Under the pieces are notes generated by a model that did no database searches, was not told the origin of the DNA, and was given only the letters and a program-made list of their open reading frames with translations. From positions 5,515 to 69,514 of the IMG/VR virus record IMGVR_UViG_3300012952_000022: 64,000 nucleotides of DNA; one strand, given 5' to 3'. A program made the position numbers and the translations under genes. This document shows positions 19,001 to 26,757 of this stretch, piece after piece. Numbering within the stretch: position 1 is the first letter of the stretch; each line of letters begins with the position of its first letter. Source of the DNA: a virus. Lineage: Duplodnaviria > Caudoviricetes.

Positions 19001-21824
19001 GCCCCGCCCAAGTGATATGAAGGTTGTCCTTCCGGAAAAGACATTTGTCCGATGTCAAGATGAAGGCTGGTATGAACCACTGCCACAAGGTGTTATTAAA
19101 CTAACATTTAGCCGGCTCTGGACCGCTGATGATTATTACGGAAACTCTAGTATAAGATCTTATGACCACACTACTGACTCATCTTCTGAATCATCTGAGT
19201 ATCATAATGAACATAGTTTTCCATGGTATGTTTCGTATGCAAGCCGTACGGCATTTCATTACACAACTGATTTTAATGACGATGGCTCCGATGCCGATAA
19301 GGGATGGCGTCTCAATCAACCAAGCTATAATGTGGTAAGCAGAGGAACATATACAGACATGTACCCGCACGCCGCCGGAACGAACTATATGTTTACTGGC
19401 CGGGAGAAGACATTAGATGATAGTGACCTTGAGACCAGAGAAACATATATGTCAATATATGATGCAAATGGTGATCACCATGTTGTATGGCTAAACTGGG
19501 GAGGAGTTGATGCTCCAACAGCATCAACAAGTATTATTGAAGTAGATATGACCGGTTGGGATAACCCTTCCGGTGCTGATGCTGATGACACATGGTCTAG
19601 CGCTACGTCTGGTTACTGGAGAGGACCGCTAACTAGTCATGATGACTATGATGCGACTGTACCTTGGGTAGTAGCTGGAGATTTAGGATTATTTGGGCCG
19701 ACCACTGAAACAACTCTTTCAACCAGCACTAGTGCAATTATTACTGCAATTCGTGATAATTATTCCAACATCACTGGCTTCACTCCGGAATCCCCGTCAC
19801 CTCAGGGTACCGAAGAAGGTAATGAAGTAGCCGGTGTGATACAAGCCGACATCTGGCCGGTTGCCGGCAGCTGGATGAAGGCAGTTAATTTTGCAAATAT
19901 GGTTGCCAGCGCCATCGATGAATCATCAATGTTTGAGGTCCTACAAACAGGAGATGCAACCAACCCGTATGGGTTTCTTGAGTCGACTGATGGCAACCTT
20001 AAGACATATAGCATATACATTCGTACTGTCACCGGAGGTCTTGTTTCGACAGATCCTGCGGGGACCAATAATTCTTTAGAAGGTGGTGGCTTACCAGGTA
20101 TTCATTATGCCTCTCCAACTATAGACAGTAGTTATCTGAATAGAAATTATCATAAATATATTAACTTAGCATCTCAAGCTGCAATCCTGGATTGCAAGTA
20201 CTCATATAGTGATCTAAGGTATGAAGGTGTCCTAATAAAGAATAACTGGGGTATTGTACAACCGATTGATAGCGATGATGTATCATTTAGCCCGGACACT
20301 AATGATGCTGACTGCCAGGTTGATACAACTCAAAACTCATATGGGTATGATGTTGATAGTATTGCAGCCTCAGTAGGCCTCACGGCCGATGCAGTTGGTG
20401 TTAGTGATTATATTAATAATGTCCGACCTAACAATCCAGATCAGTTCCGCCGCCAGAACCCAGTATACGAAGATAAGGATGGGTTTGACAGGATCTCTGA
20501 TTATACATTAGATGGTTGTTATTTTCAGATTCATGATGCAAAGGACAATACATACAACATCTGGTATAACTTAGACAATAATGATGGTGTTACACCAAAC
20601 CCCCCAAGCACTTCGGGTATCTTAGTTCCAATCACCAAAGTACCCCCGGGAGCTCCGGCTTCAACAATTGCTTATGAGACGATGTTGGTATTAACATCTT
20701 CATACGGATCAAAATTTGTAACTGAATATGAAGACGGTACATCATATTTTGGGTTTGAGAACACCCGCGACGGCACGACAAAAGACGCCGACACAACAAT
20801 TATGGGCCTTCCAACCACTACGGGATTCTATTTGACAGATGACGCTGGTGAAGAGTATGATAATCAAACATACCAATGGTCATTTAACTCAGGGATTGGA
20901 TTCTTCTCTTTCTCGTTGATAGCATCAAGCTCTGAGACCCTGGCTGTTGGAAAAACCGGCCTTGAGGAGGAAGAGGTTTGGTGGCATGGTGATCCGATCC
21001 AGGAAGGTGTTGATCCATACCATGTTAATACAAACAGCACAATCGATTCATATTGGTTGGGTGCCTATCCATTTGAGCCAAAGTATGCAACCCTCCGACG
21101 TGGGAGGTATAATACAAACTCTAGGGACTGGAATGTAACGTTATGGGACGATGAGACTGGCGAGTTTGATGAAACAAAGACGATAGAGCCAAGATTCTGG
21201 AGTGTTATTATTACCGGCTCCAATATACCGAATACAGTTCAGGACCCCACCATTGATGATAATCCAGAATATCCCGTCTTAACTGTAATTGGGGATGGTG
21301 CACCGCAAACGTTAGGTAGCAACCTTAGATTATCAAGAGAAGCAAATGAGAATTTCTTTAAGTTTTATTTTGGATGTGGAGATACATGGCAAAAGAATCC
21401 GGAAGTTGAGATAGTCCAGATGTATTCTGATGGATATGACTGGCCATCTGCTATTCCTAAGATCAGAGGGTGGAAATACGGATTAAAATCTGCACTTCCT
21501 GAAAATTCTTCAGCCGTATACAGACATAATAGTTATGGTCAGTTTAGAGACATGCTTGAACAACGGTCTGATTCTCGTTTCTATAGAACAATATCGCGCC
21601 GAGGTCGTTTCCGTGGCCGAAGCTATCCAACAGCATCCCCTGTCAGGTGTCGATTTGTTGATACTGACGGAGTGCTGACAATCCCAGAGAAGACCTGGTC
21701 TCAAAACTTAAGTCGGTTCTGTACTTCTAGCCTACCATACTTTGATGATGGTATTGCAAGGAACAGAGAGCACCCATTAGAAGAAGATGCGCTAAATACT
21801 TCATTCGGAATAATAGAGGATTAG
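10086..21824 (+). CDS. giant (3912 aa) virion structural protein with three LamG-like domains
   Basis: LamG motifs three times: SFSVALWFQ..HIAHTY..FYVND; SFSASVWFK..QWHHAVFSF..VWLDG..GKISDFALW; FSFFTWIK..EWHLVGFTH..IYFDG..GKMADITLW. TAATG overlap with the upstream gene. Confidence 0.75.
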   Translation: MPKNIRIEELNLTRDFSTRSGHVYKSAGSLVGWYKFEDEAVIDSGETLVYDYATNNNHGVYHGLVGFIRFPNFRLVGGTISAGGLQANGEGYVELPNIGTYNISSSFSVALWFQGHKIDEKQTIFSIDTDSGLSTRMRFVFDAAAMELYCKIENPLDTTSEIDLFTYIVTTPDPLHIAHTYNAISQEHSFYVNDVKVGSATQEFILDSSDSVSAAIDNELEVYSQCDVGSLAIWSAFLSESEVFAIYNGYLGDKGISGFLNPPVRVTQHENDCAPLSYPAIVRSGPGGISGNEQSVPYDDSKTIVFDSAYANAWVYFHARPKDASTITLFDPAGGIDLLPAVAELNTSLDDMIVESNGELFEEQVYEVEIVQSGAYGDLTEGTGSWPDEDAPTISGQWTGIAEQNHDYNDYDYQLVITAYAGDVTAGSGSPVEEIDSGNVGHFEVQLKVDSGSGFSADPDFTTSIDISMSEFGEEEFLSDHLLVSGTPPSDNQREKLAGIKILWPNPFNADGGTESDTADDVILFDNNITAGTSMEWTIELPKPDKFKWRKANLEDYRYRNNWTDWYAGPDDDGIFIGTGNARRSYTITNTRHSNIESDGYVYSELIDLSQVDTITGELPTGFTVRAYGRGDISHADSNEKYDIEYHFFTSEDEAWPSTPSALGTISELRNAQRGEYGGTDSGSYEYSEFSADGGGAAPVSDDYAGRWNGLMSYAPFADGHKFSEDELDNVPKNADGTPLYEYMPDDPHIALPSDLLTDPTGYTPAVINPTTQKYLQFRVAPGSAVSWGQCQVKLVVHYTGPFLYFDDIDNDDASGNNVKLKWDSFSGHSVGDKWTVNVEDTTSETFEFNRGKIVNPVNTEIRVPRRTRKRKRIQVPWAKNSRSKKLFPHFKRKGRKRRLELKLTDIERDQLNGVFAKAINDSGLQIEAHHDGEKVLLRQTIPGKLGNLEIHADKKAKVYISNSALFTPGGKGEVTGSFTGGDGYLVSYPTTLPAPVQKSIENVLYWANKPSDQSADNDYNIISTANFNLLLDISGKKLYANALNLTEIVTSYNYTSTLTDKWDPPGWEDDGSGGWIRRSYYSDVDSDGNANPAQEEGDYWVDDHHSNDPWFGLNQTQCILKRWDGSSWQTEDDFMGDVSGADWKPLSASLLSWDEGSWREYHGFTYPAYVESPWLNSRIMQPSYHADDYDRGITDCGLVATGSTRRGVADAGLRFTEDQSVFVKGPFVDDQIDIDVDNDFFEEGISPDIYEGFSSPLRSKMQFTIEMPAVEETSFGMTEQYATDVTYHNMVYYNFADRKWDPVGPGLDIRPGDEEEHKKFFEDACIGFSRGVEIIQSGTMTAALPISNFGFPMHPKFEASADNLFHMSNYINKPFILEKFVVEYEAEWTEGTDWKRRSIMYDVGKDGKISRVNDDDKFNNKAAINSFFILNQRDWVGNYEYNTIGEPTKFWYPPKYTRNVTQGDEDNKKNRYMWDGSSYDYDESESLATWFRFTGGSFAPVAWADALSEPDATLITSTIPPAPVTDDSPWKFPPGAPTDGYEQSMEFSASDNTYAYSILQNVVGPQIITAFSPEDSDADGIPDYQDDDAAGSGYVDVDYGTCGIPRGTASTTLTTGKWYYNGLGLATDTDGDGTIDDPSDPELDESGLYTQDNTKTLANLENIVHSVDLSTSGQLFGGVDNRPGSWTYAILISNEPDPYSPSSAKKTKDVRAYYADAICEDGEVTTIKYKYMQGVHPDFTDDMNEPPDSNMEDRDGYFSEALRFQIAVASQSHPEHSSLEWIDINVHEPDYTMQAVWQEVSVTIDPEVYGAESDGYFIRFLQAGTSGWPDAWVITDVEAGSFSSFSASVWFKAATTGSWANILTIAENEGAPNKIWLSLDRNGKFRFLVDSGQNRVYTKAKSSDSVADNQWHHAVFSFSSETYVFKVWLDGEHIGEYEMPQATNDDGELLWRRGSSTDGDTMDDCDISVADVLNAGITSFGIIESYWGAWNSQSMVTPAGSFEWHDGTVDPTGGTSYLSAADLELYAEGLSYNYVGLEKMNIGGIDVTLTDEEFMSVLGFIPARPWYFSANDVIALGADVDQSTDVDAANWSWDNHLTGKISDFALWSKALDGIDAKAIYHLDSGYYKVGKGTDVALYGDNPFVFECPLEKDFEIRDASVLYPSVENYDISSKLLARYLVDPNNFNNLLVSGPVKEPAYIVSSATWCDDGPWKYSDTTTRVPLPLRYGLDFPGAGSNRFYVRLPRANDYFPDTVDDEAYPEFSFFTWIKMSDIDSSDPVIFSINKSGGKNRLIFMVDTADPIYKKNAKPKGLRLALHVAADVRDGYDPMADNYQINGSGTPDLAGTNLGTDNTGTGGNDNTIKTRNWYRVLTNDIREPNGTYDNRINGELNDDEWHLVGFTHTTERKSSGCASDASDPVLSHWKIYFDGEIQDTHVYTYHAVPGAANDIKLITTSTSYNTADLDKIGYDPDIFSESGWQYTATDSSGDSWQRVQHSMHGYMHTNGGHSLMHEPLSFNEKDRVSLGQEYDRKWKRKFKTSRRGVRKYRTFRYRRASQFFEGKMADITLWGEKLDDADVKQIYNARYGTSNSEKWFNDARGTARDLVTYGQWSIYGSVNEAPADINEVLEDGLSRELDTLATYKSEILDSGGIGTGEFEYLEFDGDPNTIVHVTGSYVMEGKIKRPVKHTGGLSYKVGKTGGINGHRSFYRTSHNGTRTGQENDITSARSLFNAVPGSDVIEKYYDFGQERRGFDRSELNLFEVEKQDSPYILLPNDQLIFGWQCSAPYDFKRATNAGSGPNMTLAPGATSDNPARMKITLFGSYIQDGKERQGDLNQNLTSDAIHEALQFETPVHDKFQLEDIGYNAGAYTDDVISGSMFINERYGRRQWTRSGGYGFNVARRKIASVAEHSQGSRGSMLRGVRLVDDRERFFDTIVPSPADYHQLNGNGVLKWSSPLFGGGAEQVSLCFGEPRPSDMKVVLPEKTFVRCQDEGWYEPLPQGVIKLTFSRLWTADDYYGNSSIRSYDHTTDSSSESSEYHNEHSFPWYVSYASRTAFHYTTDFNDDGSDADKGWRLNQPSYNVVSRGTYTDMYPHAAGTNYMFTGREKTLDDSDLETRETYMSIYDANGDHHVVWLNWGGVDAPTASTSIIEVDMTGWDNPSGADADDTWSSATSGYWRGPLTSHDDYDATVPWVVAGDLGLFGPTTETTLSTSTSAIITAIRDNYSNITGFTPESPSPQGTEEGNEVAGVIQADIWPVAGSWMKAVNFANMVASAIDESSMFEVLQTGDATNPYGFLESTDGNLKTYSIYIRTVTGGLVSTDPAGTNNSLEGGGLPGIHYASPTIDSSYLNRNYHKYINLASQAAILDCKYSYSDLRYEGVLIKNNWGIVQPIDSDDVSFSPDTNDADCQVDTTQNSYGYDVDSIAASVGLTADAVGVSDYINNVRPNNPDQFRRQNPVYEDKDGFDRISDYTLDGCYFQIHDAKDNTYNIWYNLDNNDGVTPNPPSTSGILVPITKVPPGAPASTIAYETMLVLTSSYGSKFVTEYEDGTSYFGFENTRDGTTKDADTTIMGLPTTTGFYLTDDAGEEYDNQTYQWSFNSGIGFFSFSLIASSSETLAVGKTGLEEEEVWWHGDPIQEGVDPYHVNTNSTIDSYWLGAYPFEPKYATLRRGRYNTNSRDWNVTLWDDETGEFDETKTIEPRFWSVIITGSNIPNTVQDPTIDDNPEYPVLTVIGDGAPQTLGSNLRLSREANENFFKFYFGCGDTWQKNPEVEIVQMYSDGYDWPSAIPKIRGWKYGLKSALPENSSAVYRHNSYGQFRDMLEQRSDSRFYRTISRRGRFRGRSYPTASPVRCRFVDTDGVLTIPEKTWSQNLSRFCTSSLPYFDDGIARNREHPLEEDALNTSFGIIED

Positions 21825-21825
21825 C

Positions 21826-23118
21826 ATGTCTTCATTTACTAAGAAAGATCAAGACAAGGCAATCTTCACAGTAAAGAAAGATGCTGCAGGAAATATTATA
21901 GTTTCTCAGGCATCAGGAGCTAATGGGGGTGAAATCCGAGGAAGTATCCTAAGGACCAATAAGGGAAAGTCCTATATTGTTCCTGGTTATGGTATGTCAG
22001 TGCTATCAGGATCTAATGTTGGGTACCCAAACCCTGGGCAAATTACGTTAGCATTAGATTTAGATAGCATTAAGTCAGATATAGAAAAAATTGTTATGGA
22101 TACCGGTATTTCCGGAATGGTTGGTCCGCCCGGCCCTCCTGGAACGACTGGTTCCCCTGGATCTCCGGGGTCTAATGGGGAAGATGGTGAACAAGGCCCG
22201 CCTGGTGATCCCGGGCCAGGAGTAACTGATATCACCGATAATGGTGATGGAACGATGACATTATCTTGGGACACAGGTTCTACTTTAGTTGCTGTTCCTG
22301 GTGCTACCGTAGATGCCACCGTCACGGGTGTTGCATGGGATCAACCAACAACAGTTACAAACACAGGAACAGATTCTGCAGCTGTATTCGAGTTTGAAAT
22401 ACCTTCTGGGGAACCTGGTGCTGATGGCAACGATGGTGCTTCAATTACAGCTGTGACATTCGACTCAGGTACAGGTTATCTAGATATAGAGATTACTGCA
22501 TGGGATGGTGGTATAACATCAACTTCAGTAGGCCCTGTCGTTGGTGAAGATGGTGAAGATGGTGAAGATGGTGACAATGGTGTAGGGTTTGAGGTTGGTG
22601 ACATATATTCTTTCCATGATCCTATAGTAGCCACACCGATTATTGTAACGAATGCCGATGAGGATGGTACCGGTGACATTGCAGATCCAAACAATCCACT
22701 TATTGTTGAGATTGCTAAAATGATATGGGACATTGATGCATATAATATAACCGGGCTCACACGTGATCTCAAGTGGGAGATTCTTCATTCATCACATGTA
22801 GATGCAGTTAGTACTGATGTATGGTATCATAATATCTGCTTACAATATTGGGATGATCCACTATGGGTTGATATCGACGATCCTGTATATTCATCTGATC
22901 AGGCAGTTAATACACCTACCCCAACGATGGAATATTATGCTGGATCGACAGCAATAGAATTTGATGGTACAGCGCCCCCATCCCCATCGATTATTAGAAT
23001 GGTCTGGAAGATTTATGGCGCTGACCTAAGTTTAGACGGCAGTCTGGGCCAACTTCCATCAACGGTTACATTGGCAGTTGACTCAGCTCGTATAAAAGTC
23101 AAGTATACCGTCACATAA
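21826..23118 (+). CDS. collagen-like tail fibre/whisker protein
   Basis: 13 consecutive Gly-X-Y triplets (22105-22221) plus shorter GEPGADGNDG and GEDGEDGEDGDNG runs; C-terminal beta-rich domain. Confidence 0.7.
   Translation: MSSFTKKDQDKAIFTVKKDAAGNIIVSQASGANGGEIRGSILRTNKGKSYIVPGYGMSVLSGSNVGYPNPGQITLALDLDSIKSDIEKIVMDTGISGMVGPPGPPGTTGSPGSPGSNGEDGEQGPPGDPGPGVTDITDNGDGTMTLSWDTGSTLVAVPGATVDATVTGVAWDQPTTVTNTGTDSAAVFEFEIPSGEPGADGNDGASITAVTFDSGTGYLDIEITAWDGGITSTSVGPVVGEDGEDGEDGDNGVGFEVGDIYSFHDPIVATPIIVTNADEDGTGDIADPNNPLIVEIAKMIWDIDAYNITGLTRDLKWEILHSSHVDAVSTDVWYHNICLQYWDDPLWVDIDDPVYSSDQAVNTPTPTMEYYAGSTAIEFDGTAPPSPSIIRMVWKIYGADLSLDGSLGQLPSTVTLAVDSARIKVKYTVT
22543..22578 (+). repeat. 9-bp tandem repeat (ggtgaagat x3 plus ggtgacaat) encoding GED collagen triplets
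   Basis: Read directly from the sequence. Confidence 0.9.
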
Positions 23119-23204
23119 CTTTGTGTTAGATTTACTATAGCATATTCGCTTATAGTGCATGTCTTTCATGCTCAGAAACTTCGGGAAGAGGATAGTTATA
23201 AAGC

Positions 23205-24134
23205 ATGGCTGGTATACTAAATAATAAAACACGAATGATGGACACACAGATTACCCGAGAAGGGCGTAGGCAAATTGTCTCTGGTGATCTTAAGATTAAG
23301 TTTGTAACATTCACTGACCGCCATACTTTTTATCGCCAAGATGATGACGATGCTGCAGACGATGCAGATAATCGTATTTTTCTAGAGTCATACCATCGTC
23401 CTCAAGATCAGATTATCTTTGAAACAGACGATGATGGTAGGTTTATTCCATTTGACGGTGCCAACATTAAGATCCGAAATGGAAAGCTGTACCGAGCTTC
23501 TGGGAGAGCCCACCAACAAATCACCGGCTCCAATGTCCCTGAGGCAATTTATGAATTATTTGAGTCGTCCGCTAATAACTTTAGGGATTTACAAGTTATA
23601 GGAACAAAAGACATATTCAGCGACACAAATGGTTTCGAGATGCACCCGGGCTCAGTAGCATTTACTATCACTGATGAGTCTCCGTTTAAGGATAATGAAA
23701 TATCTGATATTGAAATTGAGAAAGTTGAATCACTATATCAGGATGAAAGATTGCAACATCTACCATTTTATCGTTATATGCCTCCCGTTAATAAACCTAA
23801 GCCAGGATATATTGATGGTGAACCGTTAGGTCATTATGCACGATTAAATCAAGAGCAAATAATGACATATGATGAGCTATATGAACATTTATATGATAAA
23901 GACGCAGTAGAGTTTCAATACTTAGACACTTCTAGAGAAAATAATCTAGTAATGCAGTTTTTAGAAACAAAACCAGACAATGTGGAGAAACTATCATTAA
24001 TAGACTTTGGTGAGTTTCCCTCTGAAACGGATCCCGATTCTGCAGGGCGCCATGTTTACTTTGCAGGAAAAATATTTGAGGATGGAAATGGCATGCAGAC
24101 GTTCGTTAATATGTTTACGATAGTTTTTGAGTAG
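23205..24134 (+). CDS. conserved baseplate-region protein; N-terminus paralogous to 33247..33960
   Basis: N-terminus GILNNKTRMMDTQITREGRRQIVSGDLKIKFVTFTD aligns by eye with GFLDHSTNNIIVDAVLTDTGRAFLARNDGSFSIVKFALGD. Confidence 0.6.
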   Translation: MAGILNNKTRMMDTQITREGRRQIVSGDLKIKFVTFTDRHTFYRQDDDDAADDADNRIFLESYHRPQDQIIFETDDDGRFIPFDGANIKIRNGKLYRASGRAHQQITGSNVPEAIYELFESSANNFRDLQVIGTKDIFSDTNGFEMHPGSVAFTITDESPFKDNEISDIEIEKVESLYQDERLQHLPFYRYMPPVNKPKPGYIDGEPLGHYARLNQEQIMTYDELYEHLYDKDAVEFQYLDTSRENNLVMQFLETKPDNVEKLSLIDFGEFPSETDPDSAGRHVYFAGKIFEDGNGMQTFVNMFTIVFE

Positions 24135-24140
24135 TAGTTT

Positions 24141-26756
24141 ATGAAATTTAATAGCGAAAAAGTTCGAAACATAGTTTACCTTAAGACCGACTTTACTGAT
24201 ATCGATGGTATTGATCGGTATGGTAGGTTTGTATATGATGTTAGCTACTGGGCTAATATACCACGTGCTATTAAAAACAATTCAATTCTAGTAAAGATAT
24301 CAGTTTATGACAGTAATCCGATTATTAACTCCAATATATTTGAAGGTGTAACAACTGCCGCGGAAGCAGTTAAGAGCTTAAAGGAATATGATACAACGCT
24401 TAAGAACAGGGTCCGAACAGCACGTTCTAAACCTATCGCTGTAAAGTACTCTGACATTAGTAGCAACATTAGTAATGAGATTGCAAAGAAGATTAAGCGT
24501 GATCCTGACAACGCAGATAATTATCTCGGCCTTCAACGGCAGATTTTAGCTATTCCTACATCAAAATTATCAAAGGGAGATCCGGATTCCCAACCAAACT
24601 TAAGCATAGCAAAGGTTGAAGCTCCTACTAAAGGTGACAGGTCAATCCGCCGCGCTGCCCTTAAGTCAATATTATCAAACGGCACATGCCCGTCCGCAGT
24701 AGGCGAAGCTAGCTTCCCCATAAATTCTTTTATGGCATCTTTTCAGGGTGTTAACCGTAAGTACTCAAGCCGTCGGCATATGAGAAACTACAGAAGGAAG
24801 CGTACAATCAAGGGTTGGGAAAGAGGTAATCGGCGAAGCATGATGCAATCTCATGGAAATAAGGCAATTAAGTCTAATATGTGGGGTAAGTATCTTCGAC
24901 ACAGCTTGAGAAGAAAATCTTATAAAAAAGCATCATCAATATCCTTATTGCCCAGTAAGACGCAGGTAACAACTAGATTAGTGTCTAAAAGATGGGCTGA
25001 AATAACAGAAGAAATCAGGTTACCAAGCCAAGCAATAAATGGCCTTCAGAAATTACACTTTTTGATTGAACTCTTTAATTCAGACGGTGATATATTAGAT
25101 GTTAAGCACCGTGTCGTTGATCATGATGCAGAGGTTGAAGAGTTTTTAACACCTGATTATGCACCAAAGCTTTTTGCTCGTTCAGCGCGAGTTGGTAAAA
25201 ACGTTGTATGGATTCGCCAGGTTGACAGAGTCGCGACTGAGGTATGGTTATATAGAAAATACCTGAACCCGGAGTCAGCAAAGTTTGCACGAAAATATGA
25301 GCTTATTCGAAAGGTCAAACTTACCAAAAAAGACCGCTATAAGAGAGTTGTTGATTGGATCAATAACTCATCGACTTGTATATACAGGGCGATACCAGTG
25401 GGTCCCCGCCAGCGTGTTTCTCATGTATTTCGGAATGCTGTAGCTCGGCCCAGGCGCCATAAGTCATTAGGGAAAAAATCAGTAGAAGAACTTACACATG
25501 TTTCTATTTTTGCACAAACACAAGAGGACAAGGTTGTTGTAAGGGTATCCAATATCCCCGAAGGCCCAGTTGCCCTATATATCACAGCTGATGACTTAAG
25601 CTCAAAACCAACTGCCAGAAGGTTTAATGACTCGAGAAGAATTGTTGGTTCTGAGCCAGAAGATCAAACCCAGGTTATCAATTCAGATACTGTTGATCTT
25701 GTTTTTGATGATACCGCTGTACAACATGGGCACATATATGAATATCGTTGTGTTATGATATACCCAGGCGGAAATGAAGTACAATCAAAAATAACTGAGG
25801 TTCATGAATTCTACAAAGAAGTGACTGAGGAAGAAAGAATAGTCGTACAACTCACCGGATTAGCAATTCAGGCTGATGATTCTGGTAATGCGTCTGTTTC
25901 ATTTAATATTGAACCATCATTTACAGACGCTGGGATGGAAACGATTGTCGGTGCGCTAGAGTCTGCAGGCGCTGAGCAAAACTTTATTGATGAACTACAA
26001 TCTGATAGAGAAAAACTCAACAATCTTGTAGCATTTTCAGTCCAACGCCAGGATAGCGTCTCCGGAGAGACTGAGACTTTCGGCGTTTTAAGTACCGGTG
26101 AATTTGTTGATGACGTTACAACAAGAAGGTATACCGGTGTTTCTTCGTTAGAAGCTGGTAGGTCTTATAGGTATATTGTCAGGGTACTATTACGCAGTGC
26201 TGAGACACTGTTTGATACAGCGCTAAGTGATGATATTGATATGACAACTGCTAAAAGATACCAGAAAAAGATTTCGAAGTTTATGAACCCTTCTACTCTT
26301 CGAAATGGTACTTTACCATCGACTGGTCAGTCTGTCGGTATAAACCCACGCTCAAAAATGAAATCACAAGATAAATTTATTGAAGGAAGAACAGGTATTG
26401 AGGTAGCAATTGATGCAGATATTCCTGAGTTTAAGCCTGAAGTTGATAAACTAAATGCTAGAAAGCTTGGAACAAAAAAGACATTATTAATGTGGTCAAT
26501 TACCGGTGACCAGGATGATTTAGATCACTTCATTGTGATGGCCCGTTTCCAGGGTGTAAAATCTACAGTCGGTACTGTTCATAATATGTCTTGGTCTGGA
26601 AGGTATTACTTTTTTGATAGAGAACTATCTGGTGAACCAGGCACGATTGAATATAGCGTAATACCTGTATTGGCAGACTATACATATGGTACTGAAGTTA
26701 CAGCAGAGGAGATTACCCTGGAAACCTCTGAGCCTTCATTTGTGGTAGGGACATAA
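24141..26756 (+). CDS. large basic virion protein with probable Fn3-like beta-sandwich repeats
   Basis: 871-aa ORF; Fn3-like strand motifs (HIYEYRCVMIY, RSYRYIVRVLL, TIEYSVIPV); Arg/Lys-rich segment. Confidence 0.5.
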   Translation: MKFNSEKVRNIVYLKTDFTDIDGIDRYGRFVYDVSYWANIPRAIKNNSILVKISVYDSNPIINSNIFEGVTTAAEAVKSLKEYDTTLKNRVRTARSKPIAVKYSDISSNISNEIAKKIKRDPDNADNYLGLQRQILAIPTSKLSKGDPDSQPNLSIAKVEAPTKGDRSIRRAALKSILSNGTCPSAVGEASFPINSFMASFQGVNRKYSSRRHMRNYRRKRTIKGWERGNRRSMMQSHGNKAIKSNMWGKYLRHSLRRKSYKKASSISLLPSKTQVTTRLVSKRWAEITEEIRLPSQAINGLQKLHFLIELFNSDGDILDVKHRVVDHDAEVEEFLTPDYAPKLFARSARVGKNVVWIRQVDRVATEVWLYRKYLNPESAKFARKYELIRKVKLTKKDRYKRVVDWINNSSTCIYRAIPVGPRQRVSHVFRNAVARPRRHKSLGKKSVEELTHVSIFAQTQEDKVVVRVSNIPEGPVALYITADDLSSKPTARRFNDSRRIVGSEPEDQTQVINSDTVDLVFDDTAVQHGHIYEYRCVMIYPGGNEVQSKITEVHEFYKEVTEEERIVVQLTGLAIQADDSGNASVSFNIEPSFTDAGMETIVGALESAGAEQNFIDELQSDREKLNNLVAFSVQRQDSVSGETETFGVLSTGEFVDDVTTRRYTGVSSLEAGRSYRYIVRVLLRSAETLFDTALSDDIDMTTAKRYQKKISKFMNPSTLRNGTLPSTGQSVGINPRSKMKSQDKFIEGRTGIEVAIDADIPEFKPEVDKLNARKLGTKKTLLMWSITGDQDDLDHFIVMARFQGVKSTVGTVHNMSWSGRYYFFDRELSGEPGTIEYSVIPVLADYTYGTEVTAEEITLETSEPSFVVGT

Positions 26757-26757
26757 G

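Noticed and set aside
21826-23118. Diversity-generating retroelement target
   Set aside because: No reverse transcriptase and no template/variable repeat pair differing at adenines was seen by eye. A self dot-plot would be needed to exclude it fully.
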